Below are positions 12,682 to 27,120 of a stretch of 64,000 nt of DNA, piece after piece (within the stretch, counting starts at the first letter, position 1; each line of letters begins with the position of its first letter). This stretch comes from Hormiphora californensis (lineage: Eukaryota; Animalia; Ctenophora): NCBI GenBank assembly GCA_020137815.1, contig CM035350.1, positions 4,836,001-4,900,000 of the forward strand, written 5' to 3'. A program made the position numbers and the translations under genes. The notes under the pieces were generated by a model, which was not told where the DNA came from, did not search any database, and saw only the letters and a list, made by a program, of their open reading frames with translations.

Positions 12682-13478
12682 TTACACATGATTTAGCACA
12701 AATAATGTACCGCTCAAGATCTGCCAGAGCTTTCCGTCATTTTATTTCATCTGTGAGGGTTCGGTAGATCAATTCTGGCCCGGTTCGACAAGGGTAGTCT
12801 TTTGTGGGATAAGCTCAGACCGGATCGAATGCATATTGCATGTCTCAGGTTCCTACGCAAAGAGGATACCGGCACCATTTTGAAGTTGGAGTTGTTTAAC
12901 GGATGAATTATCGCATAACGGTTTTACAGGGGGGTCGCCAGTGACCAAAGTGCATGATAGAAATCCGTCATGCACTTTGTCCAGATCCGGGATATTGTAC
13001 GACAGTTATGTTGGTCAATGCGCAGATTCCATGGCTGGATCGTAACTGTTACTGAGTTGCGCAGAGACCGCCGCGTCTAACACAGCTCCAAACAAACATC
13101 AAAAGTTAAACATTTCCAAAACAAAGTTATCAAAGTTTTATACCTGACCTAATTTACCTGTTTTTTTCAGAAACCCGGACTCGATTAACGAGATTAGCAA
13201 AGCGATTCATTGTCTGCCCCGCGGTCCACTGTGTGTATATCAAGGGACGCAACAAACTCTCTCGCTTTGTGTGTGTGAAGTTGATCTACCGCAAAAAACG
13301 AAACCGGACAATAAATGGAGCAAGCAGGAGAATTGATAACAAGATAGAGTGATAGTTAGAGTCACGTGTCTTTAGGTCACGTGGTCTGGGAATATATGTC
13401 TCCATGCTGATAAGTAGTCACGTGGACAATAGCGTGCACTCTCCGATTGGTCGTCTTGTGGAAGATGAGAGAGAGAGT

Positions 13479-13534
<56 letters not shown>

Positions 13535-13695
13535 AAGTGAGAGAGAGATAGAGATAGAGAGAAGAGAGAGAAAAGGAGAGAGAAGAGAGAGAGGGAGATG
13601 GGTAAAGAGAGAGAGAGGAAGAGAGAGAGAAGAGAGAGAAGAGAGAGGGAAGAGAGAGAGAGAGAAAGAGGAGAGAGAGAGAGAGAAGAAAGAGG

Positions 13696-13727
<32 letters not shown>

Positions 13728-14270
13728 TGAGAGGAGAGAAAGAGGACAGAAAGAGACAGAAGAGAAGGAGAGAGAGAGAAGAGAGAGAGAGAGAAAGAGG
13801 GAGACAGAGGGTCAGAGAGAACATGTGGGAGGATTATGAGCCCAGTTGTCCCATTTTTAACCAGTTGTTTTAATTTAAGACACTTATTGAAGGAGATCGA
13901 ACAAGGATGGTAAATGAGGGATATCATGGTGAGGAGTAATGAATATGAAGGCAATATATCATAGCGTACTCATAATAAAGGTGTTTCAACCATGCATTCT
14001 ATTTAAAAAGGCATATCCGACACCACACTGCAGCATGGACAACTGGGTTATAAGTCAAAAATGTACTTACATACATACCTCAACCTCTTTCTCTTCTCCC
14101 TCATCTTTTCTTTCCCCACTCTTCTCTTTTTCTCTTCTCTCCCCGTTCTCTCACTGTCACTTTCAAAGTCCCTTACTTTACATCTCTCTCTCTACTCGTT
14201 TTCTCTCCTCTTCTCTCTCTCTCCTCTCTCGTCTCTCCGTCTCCTGGTCTCTCATCTCTCTCTCGTCCTC

Positions 14271-14334
<64 letters not shown>

Positions 14335-14370
14335 CCTCTTTCACTCTTTCTCCCCCTCTCTCTATATCTC

Positions 14371-17300
14371 TCAGTTAGGACGTCGGGTCCCAAAACACAA
14401 CCGACACGGACACACAATGACCAACAATATCTGTCCCAATGTCAGTCCACTGGTCTGTCCCGCACTCTGACTCCTACTAAACTGTCGACTCCTTGGTCTG
14501 TCAGTTGTCGCGTCATCTGTCGCCCCGTACTGCACCCTCGGTCCGGTACCCCCCTTAGCGTCAACTCTGTCACTGTCACGAATTACTTGTTCTTCCAGCC
14601 GGCTGGAATCCGGAGACTTGACACGGTTCTTGGTCCGAGACCCCGGACGAACGTCATCTTGGAGGAAACCATCAAGTTTGGGATTCAAGTTAATGCTGGT
14701 TGAGTGGGAGTTATCCGCTGCTGCCCTGGAGAGAGAGAGATGCGTGCAAATAACGAATATTATATCGAGAATAATGCTGATGAACATTGAACACGCACAC
14801 ATACACACAGGGATATATTGTAAAGTTTTACAATGTGCGGTTAGAGCTGCCAAGTGGGGGTTGAGAAGGATAGATTTATCTCTCTTGAATGGCCATATTG
14901 TTGAATATCAATATTTGTCCAGGCAATTATTCTGAATATATATCGGGAAGTTTCTAGTCTATACTATACTTGGTGGTACTGGTTCTACTACTGAAGTGAT
15001 CTACTGCATGGGACAATAAGGTCATTCAATAGCATGCCAACATGTACATAAACACACAAACAGACAAAACCAAAGAGAAACAAACTAAACGACAAAACAG
15101 ACAGACAAACTATGTAAAAGACAAACAGGACATCAAGGGTCTAGGTATTATTAGGTATAGTACCTGTCAAAAGACAAAAGAACAGACTGCAGACAAACTA
15201 AAAGACAAACGAACAGAACAGATCTAAGTACCCGTCAAAAGACAAAAGAACAGACTGCAGACAAACTAAAAGACAAACAAACAGAACAGATCTAAGTACC
15301 TTTCATCCTGATCAGTGATACTCCTGACCTCCTCATCTGCTAGGTCTTCTTCACCGTCAACCATTACACCACTAGGCAAAGAGGTGGTGCAGGAGATTAA
15401 AGGATATAATTCCAATCCCACTATTTCAGCAACGAAACAAAAACTCAAATTATTAAACGATTTCCGACCCAGACATCAATGCTTAGAAGGTTTGCTGTGT
15501 ACCTAGTTCGAGATCCGGGTCTTCCAGCACTAGATCCGGGCCTGCCAGCACTAGATCCGGGCCTGCCAGTACTAGCTCTAGAACCGGGCCTACCACCTCC
15601 ACTGACAGCCCCGGGTGAGGTTCGACCTCCCTTCCTCCGGGCTGCTTTCAGATCCTCATCAGCAAATGCCCCATCGCTGCTACTATCACCGGGCATTGGT
15701 GCTCTACCTAGTGGGTCTGTAGCTGCTGGGTCCATAGAGAAGGTGTTGGCAAAATACTCGGAGGTAGGGGTGGGCGTGCCAGCTTTACTGAAATGGGTGT
15801 TAAATTGAGTCGCGTTGGACAGCCTCAAAAAATAAACGTTCTTGTAGCCCTCTCATGTTGTTAAAAAAATAGAACCTCGATATATGTTTATTTTGCTATT
15901 AATGAAATGTTTAACCTGCCCTTCAGGAAACGACCGAACCGGGTTTTTTTCCACCGAACCGAACCGAACCGAATTTGAAAAACTTTTTTACCGAACCGAA
16001 CCGAACCGAACCGAATTTCGGTAACCGAACCGAACCGAACCATACAAAACTTTTTCTGTATAAATGTTTCTCTAAAAAGTCATGGAGAGCACCGATCAAG
16101 GTATTGCGAATCATTCTCTGAAATTTTGTTAAAAAATGTTTGAAAAAATTTCAAAGTCAATTTTGTGAAAAAAAATTTCAATGTCAATTTTTGCGTACGA
16201 ATCGTTTTTCGAATCGGCAATGCTATACGGGAATGGTATTGCTAATTAGCAGGATTAAACGAACCATGAATCGTGTCTCTCTAAATTTCCTAATTTAGTC
16301 AGGACCACTATTGGTGCGCGGTCGTGCCCACGGAAGGAGTGCTTGGATCATCTTGAAACCGGTTTTAAGTTAACTAATGCATATCCAAAAGTGTCTGTAG
16401 CTATTTGGGTGATGTTCTGACAATCCAATCACGAGTTATGACGAAAAAACAGTCAAAAAAGACGTTTTAAAGTGACAAAAAGGAGGACCTGAACACAGCC
16501 CTTATATGAAGGGTTGGGGCTATGAAACTTCTTGAGTGGACAGAGAATCGTCCAAATTTGCAGTGCCAACTTTGGAATAGTTTCTATCTTTTGTAGTTAT
16601 CTAATTAGAGCCGTTTAAACATGTGAGAAGATGCTGCAGGGGCCTCTAATACTGTGTATTTTTGCTTGTGAAGTGATCACTTGACGAGATTTACCCAATT
16701 AGAGAGCAGATTAAAGCATACAAGCGGTGAGAGCAAGCAATATGGGACGGAAACAGTACCAAATTACCCCGTTTTGCAGATCGTCTCACATGTTTGAACG
16801 GCTCTAATTAGATAACTACAAAAGATAGAAACTATTCCAAAGTTGGCACTGCAAATTTGGACGATTCTCTGTCCACTCAAGAAGTTTCATAGCCCCAACC
16901 TTTCGTATAAGGGCTGTGTTCAGGTCCTCCTTTTTGTCACTTTAAAACGTCTTTTTTGACTGTTTTTTCGTCATAACTCGTGATTGGATTGTCAGAACAT
17001 CACCCAAATAGCTACAGACACTTTTGGATATGCATTAGTTAACTTAAAACCGGTTTCAAGATGATCCAAGCACTCCTTCCGTGGGCACGACCGCGCACCA
17101 ATAGTGTTCCTAACTAATTAGATTTGATGGGGGATCACGTATCAGCACAATCCATCTCGGACCCACTAATTACCAACATCACTCCCGTTTAGCATTGTCG
17201 ATTAGAAACACGATTCGTATACCATAATTTACTTAAAATATTTTTCACAAAAAAAATTTCACAAAATTTCAGGTAATGATTCTCAATACCTTGATCGATG

Positions 17301-20101
17301 CTCTCCATGAATTTTTAGAGAAACATTTAATTTTGTGAAAAAAAACTTTGTAAAATATTTCAAAGTCAATTTCGGAAAAAAAATTCTATGTCAATTTTGC
17401 CGTACGAATCATGTTGCGAATCGGTGATGCTATGCGGCAGTGCTCTCGCTAATTAGCAGGATTTATTGAAACATGAATCGTTTCCCCTAAACTTCCTAAT
17501 TAGATTTGATGGGGGATCACGTATCAGCATAATCCATCTCGGACCCACTAATTAGCAACATCACTCCCGCTTAGCAATACCGATTCGAAACACGATTCGT
17601 ACGCAAAAATTGACATGGAAAATTTTCCATAAAATTGACTTTGAAATATTTTCCAAACTTTTTTACAAAATTTCAGAGAATGATTCTTAACACCTTGATC
17701 GGTGCTCTCCATGAATTTTTTGAAAAAAAAATTTCTGAATTTGTTGACCCTCTCATGAGGACACGATTCGACGGGAAGTCAGGTATCAAATCAATCCATA
17801 TCGAACCCGCTAACTAGCGAAATCATTTCCACATAGCACCACCGATTCGAAATAGGGTTAATACGGCGAAATTGACATTGAAATCCATACAATTTTCGTG
17901 AAATAATTGAAAAATTTTGCATGAAAAAGCCCGATTTCTGGGCATTTTTTGACCAAAAAATTCGGTGGTTCGGCCAAAATTTCCTACCGAACCGAACCGA
18001 ACCGAACCGCCCAAAAAACACCGAATTTCCGAACCGAACCGAACCGAACCGAATATTCGGTCGCTTCCTGCTGCCCTTATACCTCATATGCCTGGTTAGG
18101 GTTGTGAACTTCTCTGTGGGTACTGCAGCTGTATCAGTACCATGTATACTCTCCTGCCACATCTCAAGGGCTATCATCACATGACCCCTGGGTCGGGCCC
18201 TCTGGAACCCTTTGTGGAACAGGAGGGACAGAATCTGCATGTAGATCTGTTGGATTTCAGTGTTAGCAACGATCATGTCAGTCTCACTGGCGGTAATCTC
18301 GTCCTCGATAGGTGCTGCTGCTGCTCCTTTCTTGTTCTTCTTGTTCTTCTTCTTCTCCTGCCGGGTGGGGATGGGGATATTAGTGGAGTCCTAATTTGGG
18401 TAGTGCTGTTCTATACCGTTGTAAGTGACATCATGTCTGAAGTCGCGAACAATCAGAAAAGATATTGAAACAAACTACACCCACCTTTCCTCCAGACGCA
18501 GCAATCACAAACAAACAAACACCCACCTTTTTGCCGTCCCCACCAATGATAGATTTCTTCCTATCCTCCTGTATAGAGGCCAGGTTGCTACTGGCCACAC
18601 TCAGGTTACTAGAGATACTGTTCCTACTGGATCGCCTTCCAAAGAATGACGTCACTGACATCCTGCTGCCTCGTTTGTCCTTTACCACCTCTTCCTCCTC
18701 CTTGAATAAAGAGGAGGCAGGCAGCTGGGGCTCACTAATGATACGAGACATGAACGTATAGTACCTGGGGGAGAGAGACGTTTACTTTGAAAATAGGCTT
18801 TGAAAATGGGCTTCAATCTGTTTGGTGGCGCCGACCCGATCTGAGCGCACTGTCACTGTTTTGATAATCAAAATTTAGGGTCTTACGCCGCTAGACCTGG
18901 TTCAATTAAGATTCTATTATCTAACATCACAACAAACCTCATTCCATATTTTTCCTCAATCTTGGCTATCTGTGGAGCGGGTACACCCCTCTTGTGTGCC
19001 AACCTGCCCACCCAGAGAAGGGCACTGAGCACTCTCCTGCCATCCTGTTTGTCTGCCAGGTCACTAACACTAAACAACCAGTCCTTCTCCAACCCATAGT
19101 TCTTACACCATTGCAGGAAACACGCAATGTTGTGCCTGTCATACGAGACGGAGGGCTCAACTGGGGGAGAAGGAGTTATGAGATTTGTATCCGTGTACGG
19201 ACTACTCTGTCAGAGCATTGGCCTGACTTGCCTAGCTAGACTCTGTTTCGTGCGCCCCGCCCGCGAAACACAAATGTAAAGGAGGGTTAGAACATAACAA
19301 GGCCTGACACAGGGACTACTGTACATTAAAGTACCCAGCAAACACAGTTGGCGTAGATTGCTTGCCAGCGCCAAATTTCAGACGGTCATAGCTCCACTCC
19401 CTGGTAAGATAGAGACTTGAAATTTGTTGTGTAAGAAGAACTCGACATGATCTCCTTACAAAACAAATTTCGAGTCTCTATCTTATCAGGGGGTGGATCT
19501 ATGGCCGTCTGAAATTTGGCGCTGACAAGCAACTTACGCCAACTGTGTTTGCTGGGTACTATAGTGTTCTACTAAAATTGTTGTCTCACAAAAGACTGCC
19601 CTCTCCGAACTGGGCCGAAGTTGTAGACAATTTAAAACACTCGCCCTAACTCTCTTTCATTATAGCATGAGAGGGAATTAGGGATGAGAAAGGTATGAGT
19701 CATACCTTCACTGTTATCCGTCTCTGGGTACATTATGTTACTGATTTGCCTACGAGCACCAAATCCCGTCATGGCGTTGATTGTGTTACCAAAGGTACAC
19801 AACAACACCCCATCTGAGATCCGCTCCATAAATATATCATAGGGAAGAGTGGACCTGTGTGAAGAAGGAGAGGGTCATGATTGTGTGGCTCACTACCCCA
19901 TTTATTTCTATGAGGGTTCGGTAGATCGAGGTTCGGTAGATCAACTATAATTCGCGACATTTCAAAGACGCGAATAAGTCTCTACGAAATATAACACAGC
20001 GGACAGCATTATAAATACCTTGTTATACACCCGACCCAGTGGCTCATATCCACTAATAGTGGAATGTCCACGGTACCAATTAACTCCTCCCAATTAGCCA
20101 T
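14371..20101 (-). CDS. GAS2-like protein: N-terminal calponin-homology domain and GSR-rich tail
   Basis: Exons 20101-20019, 19854-19706, 19160-18938, 18764-18527, 18390-18083, 15823-15503, 15371-15300, 14725-14371 are phase-consistent. GAS2-type CH sequence (ISDGVLLC..NIACFLQWC..LFSVSDL..LLWVGRLA..PAPQIAKIE) and RPGSS/RPGSR repeats. Start codon uncertain. Confidence 0.8.
15924..18070. mobile_element. hAT-type MITE with (ACCGA)n subterminal repeats, carrying a nested insertion; second copy at 40405-41748
   Basis: TIR CAGGAA(A/G)CGACCGAA, 8-bp TSD CTGCCCTT (15916-15923, 18071-18078). Confidence 0.9.
16296..17116. mobile_element. Palindromic non-autonomous element with TAG...CTA termini (Academ-like), nested in the hAT MITE
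   Basis: ~340-bp near-perfect TIRs. Absent from the sister hAT copy, which has the empty site CCTAATTAGATTT, giving a 3-bp TSD ATT. Confidence 0.8.
19334..19556. mobile_element. Palindromic MITE with CCCAGCAAACAC termini (CACTA/EnSpm-like)
   Basis: ~100-bp inverted arms, TA flanks, inside a GAS2-like intron. Confidence 0.75.
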
Positions 20102-20796
20102 GGAGAGGTCTTCATCGCTCTCATACCCCAGGTGCTGGTGCTGCTCGTAATCAAAGCCATAGTCTACTATACCACCCGCCATGGTATAGGGCTGTGGAGG
20201 GGAGGGGGGTCGTGAGTAATCAAAGTCAACTATAATACATACTACCGGCCACAGTATATGGGGGGGGGGTTGTGATCATTGAAAAACTTTAGCAGGCTCT
20301 TGATTTTGTTTGATAGAAATGTGAATAATATGTGGATAATATGTGGATTGTCAAAACAATTCGTTTTTAGGCCACACACAGAAGAGGAGCAGTGAAAACA
20401 TCTCAAAATAACACAAAGACCTTGTTAGGGCGCTAACTAAGCAAGAAAACGATTCAGGAAGGGAGGTTGAAATATAGTCGGTCTCGAGTGTGTCTAAAAA
20501 TACTATCACAGATGGGCTTGAACGTAGGGCATAGAGAGAAGGAAAAGGCTTGCGTGCTGGTCATACAACAATTTCTCTCTTTCTACCTTCTATCTCTATC
20601 TCTCTCTCGCTCTCTCTCTCTTTTTCAATCCCCTCTCTCTTCCACTAACTCCCTCCTTCCCTTACAAAACAGAATATAGACAATACACCACACATAATGT
20701 GTGGTCGTCACAAATCATGTGACGAAATTTTTACAACATATCGGTGGTTATATTTGTGACATATCGGCCGCAAAGTTATTATCCCACACAGTCAGA

Positions 20797-21667
20797 TCAG
20801 TCATCGAGTGAGTATGGAGCTACGGTGGATTCAACATCCACCTCCACCACTACCATTCCTTCCCCAAGATGGCCAGGAACCTTCCGGTTTTTCTTGTCAG
20901 AATCGTAGGGAGAATCCTTTTCAAAGTCATCCTGCTGTTCCTTCTGCTTCTCCTTCTCGGTCTTCTTGTTGGGGTCCCCTTGTGAGTGAGTGAGCGTGAT
21001 ATGAGAGGGTGAAATGGAATTGATCTACGGTGAATTTAACCATTCCCAGGTCCCATGGACAGGGTATATTAGTTCGATTTTGGAATTTGGCAGCGAAGCT
21101 GCTAAGGCTGTCGGATACGGTGTCGTGTGCTACGTACAGGGTGCCCAAATGTGCCCAAAGTACCTTTTAGATCCACATCGGCTAGCTGTTTGAAGATGTC
21201 AACTGAAGTTCTCTTCACATAATATGGATAGTCAAACCCAGTGTAGATCTGCCCTTCATCAACTGTCCCTACATCACCTGCCGTAGCAGTGCTATCACCT
21301 AGAAATAAAAGGGGTAACTTTAATAATGTATATTCTTCTGCAGCGTTATAAATTTATCTTTGTGTTTTGTATTTCTGTGTGAGCATTGGCCTGACCCTAT
21401 TATCACTTGACAGAGCATTGGTGGAGCGCACGAGAACTGTGGTCAGAGCATTGGCCTGACACTATTCTCACCGCGGTCAAAGTATTGGCAGTTGGATTTT
21501 GAAATAAGAAGTTCATCAGTATCTACCTAGTAAAACATGTGTTCAACACAGTGTTCAACACAGTGTTGTCCTGAGAAACATTGCATTGTTCACTTACCCT
21601 CACAATTGATAAGTTGTATAACAGAAACCAAGAGGAGGAATCCAAACCAGGTACTCGTGTTGATCAT
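20797..21667 (-). CDS. Small secreted orphan protein (~128 aa), possible peptide precursor
   Basis: Exons 21667-21598, 21298-21164, 20978-20797, both introns phase 1: MINTSTWFGFLLLVSVIQLINCE-GDSTATAG..FDYPYYVKRTSVDIFKQLADVDLK-GDPNKK..APYSLDD*. Signal peptide, no recognised domain. Missed by the ORF track. Confidence 0.65.
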
Positions 21668-22207
21668 GGTAAAAACGTTTAGTTTCTGAAATAATATAAT
21701 TGATCATCTATTAGGGTTACTAGAGACTCAAGACCCCTTCAAATCGATATAATTTGAAAAGTGCCGATTACTTAACAGAACCGCGGACCTTCATTGTGTT
21801 TGACGCGGTTGAGAGTTGAACACGCACGACCAACTTCAGTGTGTCTCGGAGACACACTGAAGTTGGTCTCCACCCTATGATAATGATATTCAGCAAGTCA
21901 TTGGTCAAGAAAATTATTCACTTCCCACTATAGTGACTCAGTTCGAAATGTGTTGTAACACTAATCAAGTAACCGAGTCTGGGCAGGTGAATAGAACTTC
22001 ACTCCTACTATTATCATTACACTTTCGCTTGTAGTGGGAAAACGGTAATGGAAAACGAAGATACAGTAAGACGACGCGCAACCGTGGCCAATCAGTACGC
22101 TAGTACGTGCTGACACATGAACTTTTTGCCGCACGTTATGCAACGTGTGTGTCTCATTACTGTATTTCGCGATACCGTATTTTGACTGCAAGCAGCACTG
22201 TAATACT

Positions 22208-22608
22208 TCTAGTAATCGCGGTAACCCAATATTAGCCGCTCTTTTCCAGTACTAGTAAAAAGTCTTTACTATTGAAAATCAGGTGTGTTGGAGGTAGAAA
22301 GCTATAGCTTGGACAATAGAATTGTCGATATCTGGATACCTGATACTAAGCTCCGAGCATGGGGTGCTTTGTTTGACTGAATCTCGTGTAGTGTGTCACG
22401 TGAATCGTGTTCCAGTAATCGCGGTAACCCAATATTAGTCAATCTTTTCCAGTAGAAAGTCTTTACTATTGAAAACCAGGTGTGTTGGAGGTAGAAAGCT
22501 ATAGCTTGGATAATAGAGTTGACGATATCTGGATACCTGATACTGAGCTCCAAGCATGGGGTGCTTTGTTTGACTGAATCTCGTGCAGTGTGTCACGTGA
22601 ATCGTGTT
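22208..22608. repeat. Tandem duplication of a ~200-bp unit
   Basis: AGTAATCGCGGTAACCCAATATTAG...GAATCGTGTT occurs twice head to tail. Confidence 0.85.
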
Positions 22609-22746
22609 TTTTGTAGTATCTAAGCGCTGTTTTTAGCCCATGTTTAATGGCACGAGCCGCCAGAACTCAGCCCAGCTAGAGTCCACAGAGCAATCCATGT
22701 TCTCAACTTATTTATGGGTAACCGTCTTTCATTAGAGGATATCATG

Positions 22747-22967
22747 CACAGTGGGTCAAAACCGTCATTGACCCGGACATTTCGTCATAAAATGACCATC
22801 CCATATTGCTTCTATTAAGTTATTTTGCCATTCTAAGGTATCAGACAGACTTATTGCAACCTATTTTGGTACATTGGGTCCATACCAACCAGGTTTGGAT
22901 AAAAATCACAGGAAAAAAGTGGAAAACAACGAAATGTCTGGGTCAATGACAGTTTTGACCCACTGTG
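22747..22967. mobile_element. MITE with CACAGTG termini (Transib-like)
   Basis: TIR CACAGTGGGTCAAAAC(C/T)GTCATTGACCC; TSD not cleanly resolved. Confidence 0.65.
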
Positions 22968-22980
22968 TCACTGTCATGAT

Positions 22981-23351
22981 GGTAAGCGGTAAAGGTTGAC
23001 CCGTCTCCTGAGAATTTTAAACGGTTTTTGCTATAGCTCAGCCATTTCTTGACCAATTTGCAAAATCTTGGGTTCATTGGAAAGGGGACATTGAGATCTT
23101 TCAGATGAGTTCAAGAAAATCAAATTTGGCGCAAATTGCGCGGCATTGCGCGGCGCAATGGCGCAAAATGCGCGTTTTCGCCACTGCGACACGCAATTTG
23201 CGCCAACTTTCATTTTATTGAGCTCATTTGAAAGAGCTTAATGTCCTCTTTCCAATGAACCCAAGATTTTGCAAATTGGTCAAGAAATGGCTGAGTTATA
23301 GCCAAATAAAATTAAAATTCTCAGGAGACGGGTCAACCTTTACCGCTTACC
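22981..23351. mobile_element. Merlin-type MITE (371 bp)
   Basis: TIR GGTAAGCGGTAAAGGTTGACCCGTCTCCTGAGAATTTT, nearly fully palindromic, 9-bp TSD TGTCATGAT. Confidence 0.85.
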
Positions 23352-23774
23352 TGTCATGATACGTGATACGTACTCGATTAGTCGTCCATGATTCGGATCT
23401 CTCTCTCGCTCGCTCTCTAGCTTGTATATTATTGGTCTATTTACCGCCTATGTTTGACTTAAACTTTAAGTTGGACACGAATCACTATTAGGGGAGGGTG
23501 ATTCGGTCTCTACCGCTTTAGTGTAGTTGGATACGTGATCCACTGTAGCCTTTTAGTTTTATTGCAGCCTTTTATTGCATCCTTTTTTGCAGCCTTTTAT
23601 TAGGAGCGAAGTTCTACTCACCTGGCCACCTACCGAAGAAGCCGCTATTTTAACAGGTGGCCAGGAGACAAGGACTGATTATTTATATATTGTGCACTTT
23701 TCATGCGGAAAAGTTCTAATCCTATCACCTTATTAATATAAAAAGTTCGCGGTTATTTTCAATTTTGGTACACT

Positions 23775-25877
<2,103 letters not shown>

Positions 25878-26688
25878 GGAACTAAAGAGTTTGATGTTAC
25901 CGGTGAACTGTGGGAAGATACTGTCTGGTGGTCCCAGACCCCAATTCGATTCTCAAATCTGATAGGGTCGGCGTCGCAAAGACAACGTAACACGGTCGCT
26001 TGTAGTGGGAAAACGGTAATGGAAAACGAAGATACAGTAAGACGACGCGTAACCGTGACCAATCAGGGCGCTAGTACGTGCTGACACATGAACTTTTTGC
26101 CGCGCGTTATGCACCGTGCGTGTCTCCTTACTGTATTTTGCGTTACCGTATTTTGACTGCAAGTAGCACTGTTAGCTAATTATTTGTGACGTCACGACGT
26201 GGTAGAAAAAGATTAGTAGGGATTAGTTTCAGTCTTCCAAATTGTTTGTTCACCTTTAAAAGATTTCGGAAGATGACATTGTTTCTGTTGTTTACTGTCT
26301 GGCGGCGCCCTCCCGATCTGATCTAAACGCACTTTCCAATCAAAACTTGTTGAGAAAGGGGGAAGTCTTTGAACCGCTTCATCTAGCCATTATCACCGAG
26401 AAATCAAGTTTATCTCTTTTAGAAATAATAAAACTGTTGAAAACTCACCGATGAAGACTCCAGGAGACTTGAAGATTCTGTGGATTGTTCTTGGAGCTAA
26501 AAACTGTCTTATGCTATAATGATAGTGGGAAGTATGAGTTGAGAAAATAAAAAAGGAGCACTAATAATAAACTGATCTTGATGAAAATAAAGAAACAAAT
26601 AAATCACTTGTATAGCATTATTATATATTGTAACATTTAGAGAAATAAACACACAGATAGACAAACACTTTTTACTTTTGAGCCTAAA

Positions 26689-26762
26689 CTGTCTGGCGCC
26701 GCGGACCCCATCTGAGCGCACTGTCGCTGAGAATCGAATCGGGGTCCGGTACCGCCAGACAG
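26689..26762. repeat. Dispersed ~75-bp hairpin repeat (TGTCTGGCG...CGCCAGACA); other copies near 12040, 18820, 25920, 26297, 26913, 58477
   Basis: Shared core GACCC(C/G)ATCTGAGCGCACTGTC between inverted ends; copies are variably degenerate. Confidence 0.7.
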
Positions 26763-27120
26763 AGCTTGGCTAAACGCCACCCTGTACAGAAAATAAAAAC
26801 TGCGTGGCGGCTCCCGCCCGATCTTAGAAGAGTGGGGCAGCGCCGAGGTAGACAGTTCGCAAATATTTAAAACAATAACTCTCACGTCACGGAATAAAAT
26901 ATAGTTTTCTCCAGTCTGGCGGCGCTAGACCCCGTTTTGATTCTGCGCTAATACCCGGTCTGCGCTGCCAGACAGGTTCTCTCTAAGCACCAAAATCTCT
27001 TCTTAGAGCAAGTCCCTTGGTCGAGACTCTCCTTTTTAGCACATTAGTTCATCAGTCTTTCCACTTTCTCTGTCCAACACCACCCCAAACATTTCACAAC
27101 AAACATTCCACATTCCTTCT

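Noticed and set aside
13372-14417. Long LS/RE-repeat ORFs
   Set aside because: Translations of CT/GA microsatellites.
21140-21160. 10-bp duplication TTTGGGCAC seemingly frameshifting the secreted gene
   Set aside because: Falls inside the predicted intron 21163-20979.
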